Under the pieces are notes generated by a model. It was not told the origin of the DNA, did no database searches, and saw only the letters and a program-made list of their open reading frames with translations. Both the position numbers and the translations under genes were made by a program. DNA of 25,527 nucleotides from Ancylonema sp. (lineage: Eukaryota), in contig JBFLGF010000147.1 in assembly GCA_050230475.1 (NCBI GenBank), positions 62,001 to 87,527 on the forward strand. The letters are read 5' to 3'. Positions 1-11,576 of the stretch are shown piece after piece (position 1 is the stretch's first letter; every line of letters starts with the position of its first letter).

Positions 1-1163
1 ATAAATTATCAGTGGTCGATTGTGTGTAGGCCATATTGGAACTTGGTCTCAAACAGTAGCGTTGATAAGGTAGGCAACAAGAATGGTATTTCCAATACTC
101 TTGAAGATTGGTAGTACGCCTCCACTGCCATTGCCAATGCTTCTGTGTGACGCTCTTCTCTTCCCCGTAGTTTCTATGTTGAATACCTCATCCCAAACAT
201 AATGAATGTCTGGTTGCGGATCTCGAGCGAAGAATGTTTCACGGAGGACGTCGAACTTTGCGGGAAGTGCTCCAAGGAATGTGTGGGGGTGTTCGTCGAC
301 CGAGATGGCTCCTCACTAAGAAGCTAAGAAGCTCGTCGAAGTTCTCCCTGATTTCTAAATGCGTCGATTCCTCCAAGATCGTCACGTCGACGAACGCTTT
401 CCTTGCAGCTATACATTACGCGGACATCGCAGCATCTCAATCTCTGGCTAGTTAATCCCTTATAGCACACAAGTCTCTGTTATGCACATCGATACTCATC
501 TTTATGCTGCCCTCGACTGTTTGTGTTTTTAGGGATGCAGTTTTTTCGGTCCTATTATTGTAGTCTTTCAACTACACTCTACTTTCTATTATTTCAGCTT
601 GGTTTGTCACCACACCATTCGCGGTTATTGGTCCCAGTACTGTTGGTGACACATCTGCTCGACTCACTATAGTCCAGCAATCTGTGGCATCAAGGATTGA
701 CGTGAGTTTTGCCCTCCACGGTCCGTAAGAAGCCGCGTCGTCTAACTCTCTCTTCTTTACATACTCGCGACCTCTTGCTCTGATACCACTTGTGGTGGCC
801 ATCAGGCGGGTATCGATGCTGAATCGACGATACAAAACACTACTCAACGCAACGCATACACACTCGATATCTAATAGCCACTTAAATGAAACTCGGGCAT
901 ACCCATGCACATACACATACGCATAGACAAAGCTTGATCACATAAAAGCCACTGAAACTCTTGGGATACAGAGAGAGTCTCTATATCCACGTAGCCGCAA
1001 TCTAGCGACACTTCTAGAGATGTTCACCTTATCTCTAAGTGGTTCCCTAATATGCCACGACATCAATAAGTCAAGCAGATCGCTAGTGAACCATTCTGAA
1101 TCGACTAAGCAAAATCGATGATCAAATCTGACATGTTGAGCGTGCTATCGATGTCACCAAACA
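1..1163 (-). mobile_element. Degenerate Ty1/copia LTR retrotransposon 5' end (LTR ~791-1163, PBS, broken gag ~130-770)
   Basis: Minus strand reads ...CCACCACA (LTR end at 791), AG, TGGTATCAGAGC (PBS). Copia gag-like peptides follow, with stops and frameshifts: LDDAASYGPWRAKLTSILDATDCWTIVS (DUF4219-like Y..W...L...W.IV) and HTFLGALPAKFDVLRETFF (UBN2-like). The outer LTR boundary is an estimate. Confidence 0.8.
777..788 (-). promoter_or_regulatory. Primer binding site complementary to tRNA-iMet 3' end
   Basis: Plus-strand gctctgatacca = TGGTATCAGAGC on minus, 2 nt after an LTR-like CA terminus. Confidence 0.85.
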
Positions 1164-2387
1164 CGTAGCATATGCCACTTCAAGATAATTTAGAATACAT
1201 CGATCCCATCCCAACCCAGCCCATCTCAATTTGCCCCAGCCCAACCCAACACCGTCTAGTATACAAATGGCATGTTGCAGCCATCTCTCACATACAGTTG
1301 GTACCGAAAAAAATCATCGATTTTTTTAGCTCTCCAGACTCAGCAATACAATGGACATTCGAACAAAGATTGTGCACTCATCTATACGTGTGAGGACACT
1401 GCACCCAGTTTTGGTTAATCTAGGTCAACTACTACAGCCCTTCAACAAAGAGACTCTGAGACAAGAAACAGTGACCTGCAATTGGTGCCCCATATCCTGC
1501 AATCCAAGACGTCTCATACACACGACAAGAATGTCCAGAATTCAGGCTCTGAATCACTTACACTCTACTAAACATGCCTTAGTGGCCTCAACAAAGTGGG
1601 TGCTGCCATCGATTTTCTATCACCATCAACCCAACCAAATCTAGTGGTCGGAGCAGCCAAGGGCATCACTTATGAGGGTGGACTTCATTCTCGTACTCTA
1701 CCCCCCAAACAAATCGAAAACATGTACAAGAGCCTCCCCTGAGCCGCATGAGCGACTTCAACGTGGGCTGATTTGATTTCAACTGAAGCAGCCTCCTCAG
1801 AGGAGCCATGAAGGTCGATAGTCGAAGAAATGGAATTCGAGACCTCGAACGAGACGATGCGGCAGCTCACTCGACTGAGATTTCCATGCCCTAGTCCTCC
1901 TCGACTGGCGTTGGTGACTGCACAGTCGTTGAGTGAGGAGATGTCAGAAACGAGGGACACGGCGGGCCGCATCAAACTATTTGGGACCGACAAAACAGAG
2001 CGTGCTAGATGCGCTCGCCCGCTTGTTGCAAAACATCTTTCTCGCATTCTACCAGAGCTCCCTTTCTTTCCGCACCCAAAACGTCAATTTTTGATACATT
2101 TTACTCGGCCAAAAAAATGGAAGTCCAGTATTTTCTGCACACAACTGCTCTAGGGGCCACACACAGAGAGGTGAAAATTCTGACATACTCACAAACCCTC
2201 CACTTCTCACCGCAAAATAATATTCTCATCTCCGCAAATGCACACCACCAAGAGCCTACATGTAAGCGATGGCTTATACAAGACAATGCTCAAAGAGACA
2301 ACGTATGAGCTACTGCTCACATACCCACCTCCTGTCCCCAGAGCGCAACACTGTCATAAACACCGGTGTGTGAGCCCTGCTCTCCTC

Positions 2388-5300
2388 TCAGACACCCTGA
2401 CAGAAACCGTTCACGTGGACACCCCCCATGGCTTCTCCAAACATCAGCACAACAGCACAACAGCATAACAGCACAACGACACATTGCCCTCTCACCGGCG
2501 ACACGTCAACCTCGTTCTCGCTGTCAAACAGTGGCTGGAAGCGTTGCCTCTTCTCCGCATGCCTCCCCGGCAGCTGCTCTTCTGTGGCTGTGCCCCTACC
2601 CAGCACCACCTCCTCGGTGCCTCCCACATCCCCATCCCCCATCCCCTCCGACTCTTCACTGCTCTTGTTTGCCTCAGACTGGGACCCCTGCTGGGAGGCC
2701 AAGCTCTCGGGAGGCGTTGCCGCGGTCTGGGGAGCATCTGGGGAGGCGACACCCCTTCGCTTTCGGCTGTAAGTGACTGTGGCAGTAGCTGCAGCGGCGA
2801 GGGTGGGGGTGGGGGCGGGGGGGGGGGTGGGGGTGGGAGAGGACTCGTCTCTTTGACTCTGCCGTTGCGAAAACTGCCGGGTATGTCTCTGGCACTTTTG
2901 AGAGGGCCGAAATTCGGGAGGAGTTCTGCGTTTTCGGGAGGGTGGGGGAGCTTCATCCTCCTCTTCGGATATGTCCTCCTCCTCCTCCTCCTCCTCCTCC
3001 ACCTCCTCTTCTTCTTCCTCTGCAGAGAACAGCTTCTTGCTTTGAGAAGCGGAGAGTGGAGTTTTCCTCGGCCTGCCTCTCGCTTTTGGAGGAGGCATGC
3101 TTTGGGCAGCATCTGCTTTCCCTGCAATGGAAGAAAGATGAGGGTATTCAGAACGTGCTGCGGGAAGAAGGGAAGAAAGAAGATAAGGAATAAGGAGCTA
3201 TGAGATGTGTGGTGATAGGAGAATGAAGAAGAATAGAGAAGGAGAAGAGAAAAAGAGGGTAAGTCTGAGACCGCCATTCCTCGGTATAGTCTGAAAAGAC
3301 AGGCAATCAGCCTTTGTTCCTCCATGAATGGTCATGATCGACGATCTGGTGTCTCACCTGGAGCATCTGCCTCCCCTCTCTTACACCTCTCTCTCAGCTG
3401 CTCCGTGAAGGTCACAAACGACCGCCACGCATTCGGGTCCTGCTCCACCTCCGCATCGACCACTTTCACCTCCACCTCTGCCAGCCTGTCGAGGGGGAGA
3501 CAAGACAGCTGTCAGCAGTAGAACGTCTACGGGGCGGAGGACACGAGAGAGGTGAATACCATCCTGATCTGTCGATCAGTGATGGGCAGTTTGTGATGCG
3601 GAATCCGTGTTTTGTTCTCAGTCCCTTTCATTTTGCGAGAAAAAAAGATGATCAAGTGATGCCTGTTTTGCGATGCTGTTGTCATTACACTGGGGAGTCG
3701 AGAAAGCTCCCCACCCTCTGACACTCATAAGCTAAGAGCGCATACAAGCCTGTGGCTGGGATGCGGGATTCACTCACACTTTGCGTGCGTCCTCCATCCC
3801 TAATTTCTGAACAAACTGAAGCACACCCGCCTCCAGAAACGATATCTGCTTCGGCGGCTCGTGAAATGCATACGCGATACCAGCTCCGACCAGCTTCAAG
3901 ATTCCACTTCTATTCCCACCCTTTGCTGCAGCGTACATCACTGCCAGCCGGGATGCAAGTTCTCTACACGCCACGTATGACTCCCGCTTCGACAAGTCGC
4001 CACGCTCATCTTCTGCTACTTCCGCCAGATGTCTCTCGTACGCCTATCGTTCAAGCAGCGGGTAACCAACTTTAAGTCAACATCCGACAATGGTTTCGCA
4101 TCCGCTTCCACGGAACTAACAGCTGTTATCTCTCTGATCGACAAACTGCAGAGTTTCAGGACTCAACTAGTTGCTGCTTGCTACACTTGTCTATGAAGCA
4201 GCTGTCGATTGGCCGCGAATTCGGAAGGCATGAAAGGTATAACTGGCTTCCATACCTTTTTGAGAGCATTCAAGTACAGATCGGCCTGTTCTGCAGGTGA
4301 GGACCGGTCTTTGAGAGTGGAGCACAGGCGCTTCACCACGTCAGCCACGGGTTTGTCGTGCAGCACAAAGTGTGACACCATCTCTGGAGCCAGGTAGTCC
4401 TGAGACACAGACCGCCCAACGACTCTCCACATCAACAATGCAACGATGCAATCCTGAGAGAGATGTCACAGGAGCAGTTCCTTCAGTGCTCCATGTCTTG
4501 TTTGTGGTAACGGGCGGAGAGGTTTGTTTTAAGGTGAAGTCACCTGAGGTACCAGCTTGTGGACGACCAGTTTTGCTGCTGCCACTGCAATTGATTCATG
4601 GCCGTGAAGTGATTTGAGCGCGTTGCCATCTTCATCGTCTTCCTCTGTGATCAGCAAGCGGCAACACAGACAGTTCAGCGAGGCAGCGATTGAATACCTT
4701 TGGAGAAATCTAGACATGGTGTTGTCAGCTCGCATTGACTTGAGAAAGCACTGACGACTATACCCGTTCACAGCAATAATTTCAGCGTAGATCACCACCT
4801 GGTAGGACAAGCAGCTCTTCACAGAGTTTCCAGAATTGCTTGATCTGAAGATCCGATGGCTCATATCCAAGGGCCTCGAATTTCCCTCCCACCAGCTTCT
4901 CCTGACTGAACAGGCTCCAGCAATCCGCAACCATCTCTACGAGCTGCAGACACAAAAAATCCAACAATCAATTTCCGATATCCAGCTGTCCACACCTGTG
5001 CACAAATGATTCTGTTACCTATCTCGTTTGTCTTATCATACATATCATAGGTAGCGAGAGGTCTCATGATTGACCCAATTGGTCTCAGGACTCAGAATTG
5101 AGATTCCATAGGATCTACATGTCCCGTGGACCTTCCATTCAAACTCTAACCACTTCAACTCCGACTTCAGCACGAGTACGCTCGCACCTGAGCAGCAAGG
5201 TTTCTTCGGGAGGTGGATGAAATTTCAGAACACAACACATCCTCCATGCAGGTCTCCACACAATCCATCAGCTTTCTCCTTTTGCCCACCAGAGCGGCCA

Positions 5301-8300
5301 GCTCAACCTTGTCCGGACTTTCAGAGTTCAGAGAAGCATAGGACCAGTTCACTTGCAGGAACAAGTTGAAGAGAGCCAGCCAGATGGACTGTTGCGTCAC
5401 AAACAGAAAATGACAAATGGGCAAGAGTGAGCCATTGAACTACCACTTGCGATTGATCGGTCGGCCAAGCCAATGCAAGCCAATGCAAGCCAATGCAAGC
5501 CAATGCAAGCCAATGCAAGCCAATGCAAGCCAATGCAAGCCAATGCAAGCCAATGCAAGCCAAGGAAGGTCAATGTCTGAGGACACGAAAATTCTGCTGT
5601 TGTCTGCGTGAAGTCCGAGAAGCTTCGATACTACTGCTCCTTTCACAACCTTCTGAGATGGAGGAGGATCCAGACTGTCTATATCGTGAGCAGAAAAAGC
5701 AAAAGGCAAAAGCAGCAGAAGCAAGAAACGAAGAAAGGAATGCGACCAGACCTCATCATCCAGGGAGCTTAGATCGTCCAGCAGAACGCACAGTCCTTGA
5801 AAGGTATCCTCGGTTCCCACTTCTGCAACCTGCTGATACTGGCAGAAGCGCCTCATATCTACACTGAGGGAATAGTCTTCGTCGCCCTCTGCAGGCACCT
5901 AGAAGAGGAGATTGCAACCCAACCATTGAACCAACTAGATTCAGGAAAAAGTATGTAAGGACAACACTCAGTTCTTTACATTTTTTGCATCCTTTGCATG
6001 GATTGGGCTGTGGCATGTTTGGGTGTATTTTCCATTTTCGTATTTGTAGTGCAGTCTATACATATTTAGGATGACAAATGCTTGCATTGCCTCCTGCACC
6101 TCACAGAAAAGTTGCTTGCAGCTCTGTCAGCTCATTTATTGTGCACCGAGAATTATAGATTTGTGATGCTTCTAACCAATCCTCGAGTGTCGAAATTCCA
6201 TGACCTCATCCTCCCTCATCCCTGGCAATGAAGGGAACAGACTGTTTGCCAACCTGTGCGATGGATTTCTGGAGCTTTGTCACGATCTCCAGCCCAGTCT
6301 CAAAAAGGACGTGTTGAGCCACATCTTTCAGTTCCGCATGACCCTCTTCGGCACAGAACGACAGAGCTCGGATGCATTTTGATAGTATCACCGGTTCATT
6401 AAGAACGTCCATTGCACTTCTGTTTCATCGACCATCGACCATGATGAAGCTTGGATACGATTCACCATCCACTGAGCAGCGCAAACTTACTGCCTCCTGA
6501 CGTTTGATAGAAAACAGCTCGAGGTCCAGATGATGTATGATATCCACCAGATGCTGAACTATGTCTGCATCAGGCAGGTACTTCCGTAACAGTAACGGCA
6601 GAGGCTTCATCAGTGCAGTAGTCAGCTCCTGTCGCTTTGCGTCAACCAAACCCTGAGCCAGTACACAGAAGTGTGAGTCAAGGCTTTGACCTCAGGTGCT
6701 TCAGCAAGTCGCTCCCTTTAGAACCTCCAACAAATCAAACTACTACGTACCTTTTGTGCTTTACTCAGATTCACTCTCTTCGCCTCTGCTGTGGAAACGA
6801 TGCCAACTTGCACACTTCTCTTTACTGATGCACTCAGCATGAAGGCTGCAAGCCAATGCAAGCCAATGCAAGCCTGCAAGATGCAAGCCAATGCAAGCCA
6901 ATGCAAGCCAATGCAAGCCAATGCAAGCCAATGCAAGCCAATGCAAGCCAATGCAAGCCAATGCAAGCCAAGGAAGGTCAATGTCTGAGGACACGAAAAT
7001 TCTGCTGTTGTCTGCGTGAAGTCCGAGAAGCTTCGATACTACTGCTCCTTTCACAACCTTCTGAGATGGAGGAGGATCCAGACTGTCTATATCGTGAGCA
7101 GAAAAAGCAAAAGGCAAAAGCAGCAGAAGCAAGAAACGAAGAAAGGAATGCGACCAGACCTCATCATCCAGGGAGCTTAGATCGTCCAGCAGAACGCACA
7201 GTCCTTGAAAGGTATCCTCGGTTCCCACTTCTGCAACCTGCTGATACTGGCAGAAGCGCCTCATATCTACACTGAGGGAATAGTCTTCGTCGCCCTCTGC
7301 AGGCACCTAGAAGAGGAGATTGCAACCCAACCATTGAACCAACTAGATTCAGGAAAAAGTATGTAAGGACAACACTCAGTTCTTTACATTTTTTGCATCC
7401 TTTGCATGGATTGGGCTGTGGCATGTTTGGGTGTATTTTCCATTTTCGTATTTGTAGTGCAGTCTATACATATTTAGGATGACAAATGCTTGCATTGCCT
7501 CCTGCACCTCACAGAAAAGTTGCTTGCAGCTCTGTCAGCTCATTTATTGTGCACCGAGAATTATAGATTTGTGATGCTTCTAACCAATCCTCGAGTGTCG
7601 AAATTCCATGACCTCATCCTCCCTCATCCCTGGCAATGAAGGGAACAGACTGTTTGCCAACCTGTGCGATGGATTTCTGGAGCTTTGTCACGATCTCCAG
7701 CCCAGTCTCAAAAAGGACGTGTTGAGCCACATCTTTCAGTTCCGCATGACCCTCTTCGGCACAGAACGACAGAGCTCGGATGCATTTTGATAGTATCACC
7801 GGTTTGCCATGCTTGAAGAAGGCATCCCTGAGAAGGTTGATGGCGGCACTGAAGTTCTGCATAATTGTTGGAGGGAGAGAAACTTCAAGGGCGTGGCATT
7901 GACATTAAGAACGTCCATTGCACTTCTGTTTCATCGACCATCGACCATGATGAAGCTTGGATACGATTCACCATCCACTGAGCAGCGCAAACTTACTGCC
8001 TCCTGACGTTTGATAGAAAACAGCTCGAGGTCCAGATGATGTATGATATCCACCAGATGCTGAACTATGTCTGCATCAGGCAGGTACTTCCGTAACAGTA
8101 ACGGCAGAGGCTTCATCAGTGCAGTAGTCAGCTCCTGTCGCTTTGCGTCAACCAAACCCTGAGCCAGTACACAGAAGTGTGAGTCAAGGCTTTGACCTCA
8201 GGTGCTTCAGCAAGTCGCTCCCTTTAGAACCTCCAACAAATCAAACTACTACGTACCTTTTGTGCTTTACTCAGATTCACTCTCTTCGCCTCTGCTGTGG

Positions 8301-10854
8301 AAACGATGCCAACTTGCACACTTCTCTTTACTGATGCACTCAGCATGAAGGCTAGGTTCACAGTGTCTTCGTGAGAAAGCTCCTCCTTGGACTGTTCAGC
8401 AAGAAGCATTTTACACACTGCCTTCCAATCCTGCAGAATGACCCAAAAATCTGGTAAGGATGAGCCACTTCTGGGATAAAGCGGGGCTAATAGTGCAGGG
8501 GGTTGCTGAAACTAAATATTGAGGCAAGGAAATTTTGAAGAGGATCAAATCTTACCTGCATAGCCAGCGAGCTCTCCCACAGTGCATCCACCACATAGGC
8601 TGCCGCACTTGTATCCGATTTGTCCACCAACAGCTGTAAGATGCTCGAGATATGAGTTTCTGACCCTTTCTTAGCTTTTGCCGCTGCACAATTAGGATGT
8701 GAGGTCAGGAGTCAGCCCTCTAAATTTTCCTTCAGGTCCTATTGAAGTGGGGGAAACATGTTTTTCTAGCCAGAATCAAAAGAACAGAAACAGTTGCTGA
8801 ACATGAGAGCATTACTGAAGCCAGAGAGCAACTTACCTTTTGCTGTACCAGAAGCAGGGGACCCAATCCCTTGCAAGATCCTTTGCTCGTACACGATTGT
8901 GCCGATCGCATGCCTGATGAGAGAGTTATCATCAAACAACAGATCATAGAGTGGAGCCACGTCTTCCTCTCCAATAAGCTCCTTGCTGCATTCCAAGTCA
9001 AACCGTTGAGATCAGTAGTTATAAGTAGAGACCAAACCAAATGTTCCTGGATGACTTACCCGAGAAGCAACTTCTGCAGCGAAAGGGCCTGGACAGCTAC
9101 ATTGACGTCAACATCTTCAGCCAGCTGAATGAGTCGCTGGAGAAAACGCTCCGTAAACAGACTAAGGGCGGGAATGAAGTCGGGGTTCTCGTAGAGCGTG
9201 ACCAAGGCCGATAGAGAAGCTTGTCTTACAGACGCAATCTGTAAATGGAAGTTTTATTTTTAAGCAGCAGCGAGGCAGAAGACAACAAGACCCTCCTTTC
9301 ACACCTATCTGCACTACACTTAACGTCCGTCATAATTGCATAAACTGACCTTGTCATTGAGCATCCACCCGATGTACTTCAAGTACTGATCGGTCAAATA
9401 GTATGAAGGATACTTGTTTATCCAGGAGCCGAGAAATGAGATGCAGGCCAGCCTGATATCGGGGTCTGTGTCACGGTACCGGTGCATGAAAACTCTGCAA
9501 CACAATGTGTCCACATAGGATCAAGATGATGCTTGCCCTTAGGAGGTGATTCTTATGCAGGAGAACTGCAACAGATACAAATCCATGAAAGACCTGATGT
9601 ATCATGTATCTCACCCTGTGATGAGATTCCGCATCAGAGCCTCGACAGAGGATGTTTTCTCCACAACGTCATCTATATTTTTCTGCAAGGTGGCAAGTTT
9701 GGCTGCCTTGCCATTTTTGCTCTGCTCCACTCCCAGTTGACGCTCGAATGTCTGCCTGCTTTCTGTGAGAGAATTTGCAACTGTGATCAACGAGGAGACG
9801 AGCTGAAGTGCAGTAATTGTAGCCACATGGCGGTATATTCTGGGAGAAGAGCTGCAAGAATACAAAAACCAGTTCACGATTTTGATTTTTACAAAGTATG
9901 CAAACCTGCTTCCTGTGCAATACTAACTTGTAAACATTCATGCCTGGCTTCCAAGAAAAGCACCTGTGATATTCAGATGAGTATAGATTGTCCCCGCACT
10001 ACTGCTCTTTGGTGCAGGCTTACCTGGCAAGAGCAATAACAAAACTGGAAACTCTGTTGAGCAACTTGTCATCGTACAGGAAGCTGCTTTGACATTCAAA
10101 ACCAAGTTGTCCCAAAAAAGGAGCAAATTCTGCTTGAAGTTTTTCATTCCTTTCTGCTTGGAGCCAGAGTATCCTCAACTTTCCCCTGTGAGATGCAAAT
10201 AGCATGTGTTAATAATTCAGTTTCCAACTTTTCAACGCTCACAAATCTATGCCCAAGGCATGTCAATGAGTAATAAAGGCAGGCATGATAAATCCAGTGC
10301 AGCTAGATAAAGTGAAGGGCAGGCAGCATAACAAGCTTGCTAGTTGTCTTACCTCCATGGCTACAGTGACCATGTCCTGGACAACATCGTCCACGTCCAC
10401 GTCATCGCCAATGGTGTCAGCCTCCAGGAAGTTAGCTGCTCCGCACGACTGACACGTTAAGGCAAGAAATCAAACAGCGTCAATATCAGATCGCAGACTA
10501 AGGAAATGTGTTGTATCGGCAAGGCGGCACGGCTTCTACAATGATGTAGACAATCTCCCTTCTTGAGACCGAAATACACGTACCTGAAAGAGGAAGCGCA
10601 AAAGGTGAACCATTGCTTTGCTCTCGTCCTTCGCGTACACACCAGCCCATCGCCCAGCTGCCTCAGCAGCATCGTTTTCACTAGCCTTCACAAGCTCTGT
10701 CACGGTGAATGGGATTGTAAGTCAGTACTTATATTATCAAACTTTGGCTGGTTTCGAGCATCTAACTCTCTACTGTATGCTGATGAGGAAGCAGAAACTC
10801 ACCAAAGAAGGAGGTTGAGTCTATCTCATCTTCCTTCCGCATTGGAGCGCCCAT
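2388..10854 (-). CDS. SCC3: Cohesin subunit SCC3 / stromal antigen (STAG/SA), about 1190-1220 aa, 20-21 coding exons
   Basis: GT-AG exons in transcription order: 10854-10803, 10696-10584, 10448-10353, 10185-10024 (needs +2 nt), 9851-9615, 9494-9350, 9238-9060, 8985-8837, 8683-8556, 8430-8257, 8158-7997, 7856-7662, 7306-7160 (duplicate 5898-5752), 5388-5188, 4943-4799, 4644-4544, 4399-4256, 4043-3778, 3485-3358, 3121-2388. Phases are consistent except exon 4. STAG/SCD motifs: SSPRIYRHVATITALQLVSSLI, VFMHRYRDTDPDIRLACI..LGSWINKYPSYYLTDQYLKYIGWMLNDK, FTERFLQRLIQLAEDVD. C-terminal GRPRK plus acidic tract as in plant SCC3. The 3' end is ambiguous (possible donor at 2495). Confidence 0.93.
2445..2476 (+). 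repeat. 8-bp tandem repeat (CAGCACAA)x4
   Basis: cagcacaa cagcacaa cagcataa cagcacaa; probably inside a terminal SCC3 intron. Confidence 0.8.
5466..5563 (+). repeat. 10-bp microsatellite (CAATGCAAGC)x~9.5 in an SCC3 intron
   Basis: Perfect 10-nt period seen directly; source of the spurious LHWLALACIG / QANASQCKPM ORFs. Confidence 0.97.
6848..6971 (+). repeat. Second copy of the (CAATGCAAGC)n microsatellite, ~12 units with irregular units near the junction
   Basis: Period-10 array with broken units (agcctgcaag atgcaagcc) at ~6871-6890. Confidence 0.95.
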
Positions 10855-11576
10855 GTTTACTGCATCAACTAGTACCCCCCAGTCCGCCTAAATGAACGTT
10901 TACGAACTTGAGACAGGTCGTCTCTGGAACAGCATAAAATTTATGAGGGAGGACCCTGACGTTGGCCTGGTCTACTCGTAAAGGCAGTGTTGTTACCAGA
11001 ACTAGTTTAAACAACAGGGAGCACTGTGCAGTAGAACGTCAAGCATACGGGCGGGGAATATCATATTCGTGTGTATATTTTGGAGGGAAATTCTTCCGCT
11101 CTCAATTTTCAATGGGAGTCAAAAAAGTGAATCGAAAAAGTGAGAGTGAAAGTGAGTCAAAGCTTGTGACCGCCAGTTGCGGGTAACCCAGCCTGATACG
11201 ATATGACACGGCTCAGCTCGTCTCGGAAATAGCGTGTCTGGGACGGATTGATATTGCCGTGTCAGTGACTGCAGACACGGCTATTTTGCCTAACCGCCAG
11301 TGTTTCTTGGCAGCAATTGCTGTTCAGATACAAAGGTGCCTCTCAGGCAGGCGGGTTTCATCAATTCGGACATCAGCAATGTGTTCTACTCTACTCTTCT
11401 CGTATTTAAACATATTAAAAAATGTGGGCCAATAAAAAATGTATGTCCATAATTTTGGTCTCTGCCATTGCAGGAAATTTTCGTTGTGAAGATACTGTTC
11501 ATAGCGAGCAAGGAAACAGAAGCGCAGGCAGTTGCAAACTCTGGCAACAGGCGCCTTAATATCGTCCGGTTTCGTC
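10855..11576. promoter_or_regulatory. Short head-to-head intergenic region between SCC3 and PEX11 (candidate bidirectional promoter plus 5'UTRs)
   Basis: 722 bp between the two divergent predicted ATGs. Confidence 0.55.

Larger units (their letters stand above)
5466..8353. repeat. Near-identical direct tandem duplication inside SCC3 (copy A 5466-6847, copy B 6848-8353)
   Basis: Identical sequence and ORF translations at offsets 1408 and 1506. Copy A lacks 98 bp (equivalent to 7805-7902). Confidence 0.97.

Noticed and set aside
572..916. 114-aa ORF as a cellular gene
   Set aside because: It runs across an LTR end and PBS into degenerate copia gag.
1685..2153. 120-aa (minus) and 107-aa (plus) ORFs as independent genes
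   Set aside because: No recognisable domain; most simply the SCC3 3' intron/UTR region.
2366..3325. Several long overlapping ORFs (poly-Pro, poly-Arg, poly-Leu, poly-Gly)
   Set aside because: Alternative or antisense frames of the GC-rich low-complexity SCC3 last exon. Only the RGRPRK/poly-Glu frame fits the splice phase.
5321..5867. ORFs with LHWLALACIG / QANASQCKPM repeats (also 6718-7275)
   Set aside because: They are translations of the intronic 10-bp microsatellite. SCC3 homology joins LDDE directly to SIWLALFNLF.
5466..6971. Repeat arrays as CRISPR
   Set aside because: Contiguous 10-mers with no unique spacers, eukaryotic intronic context and no cas genes.
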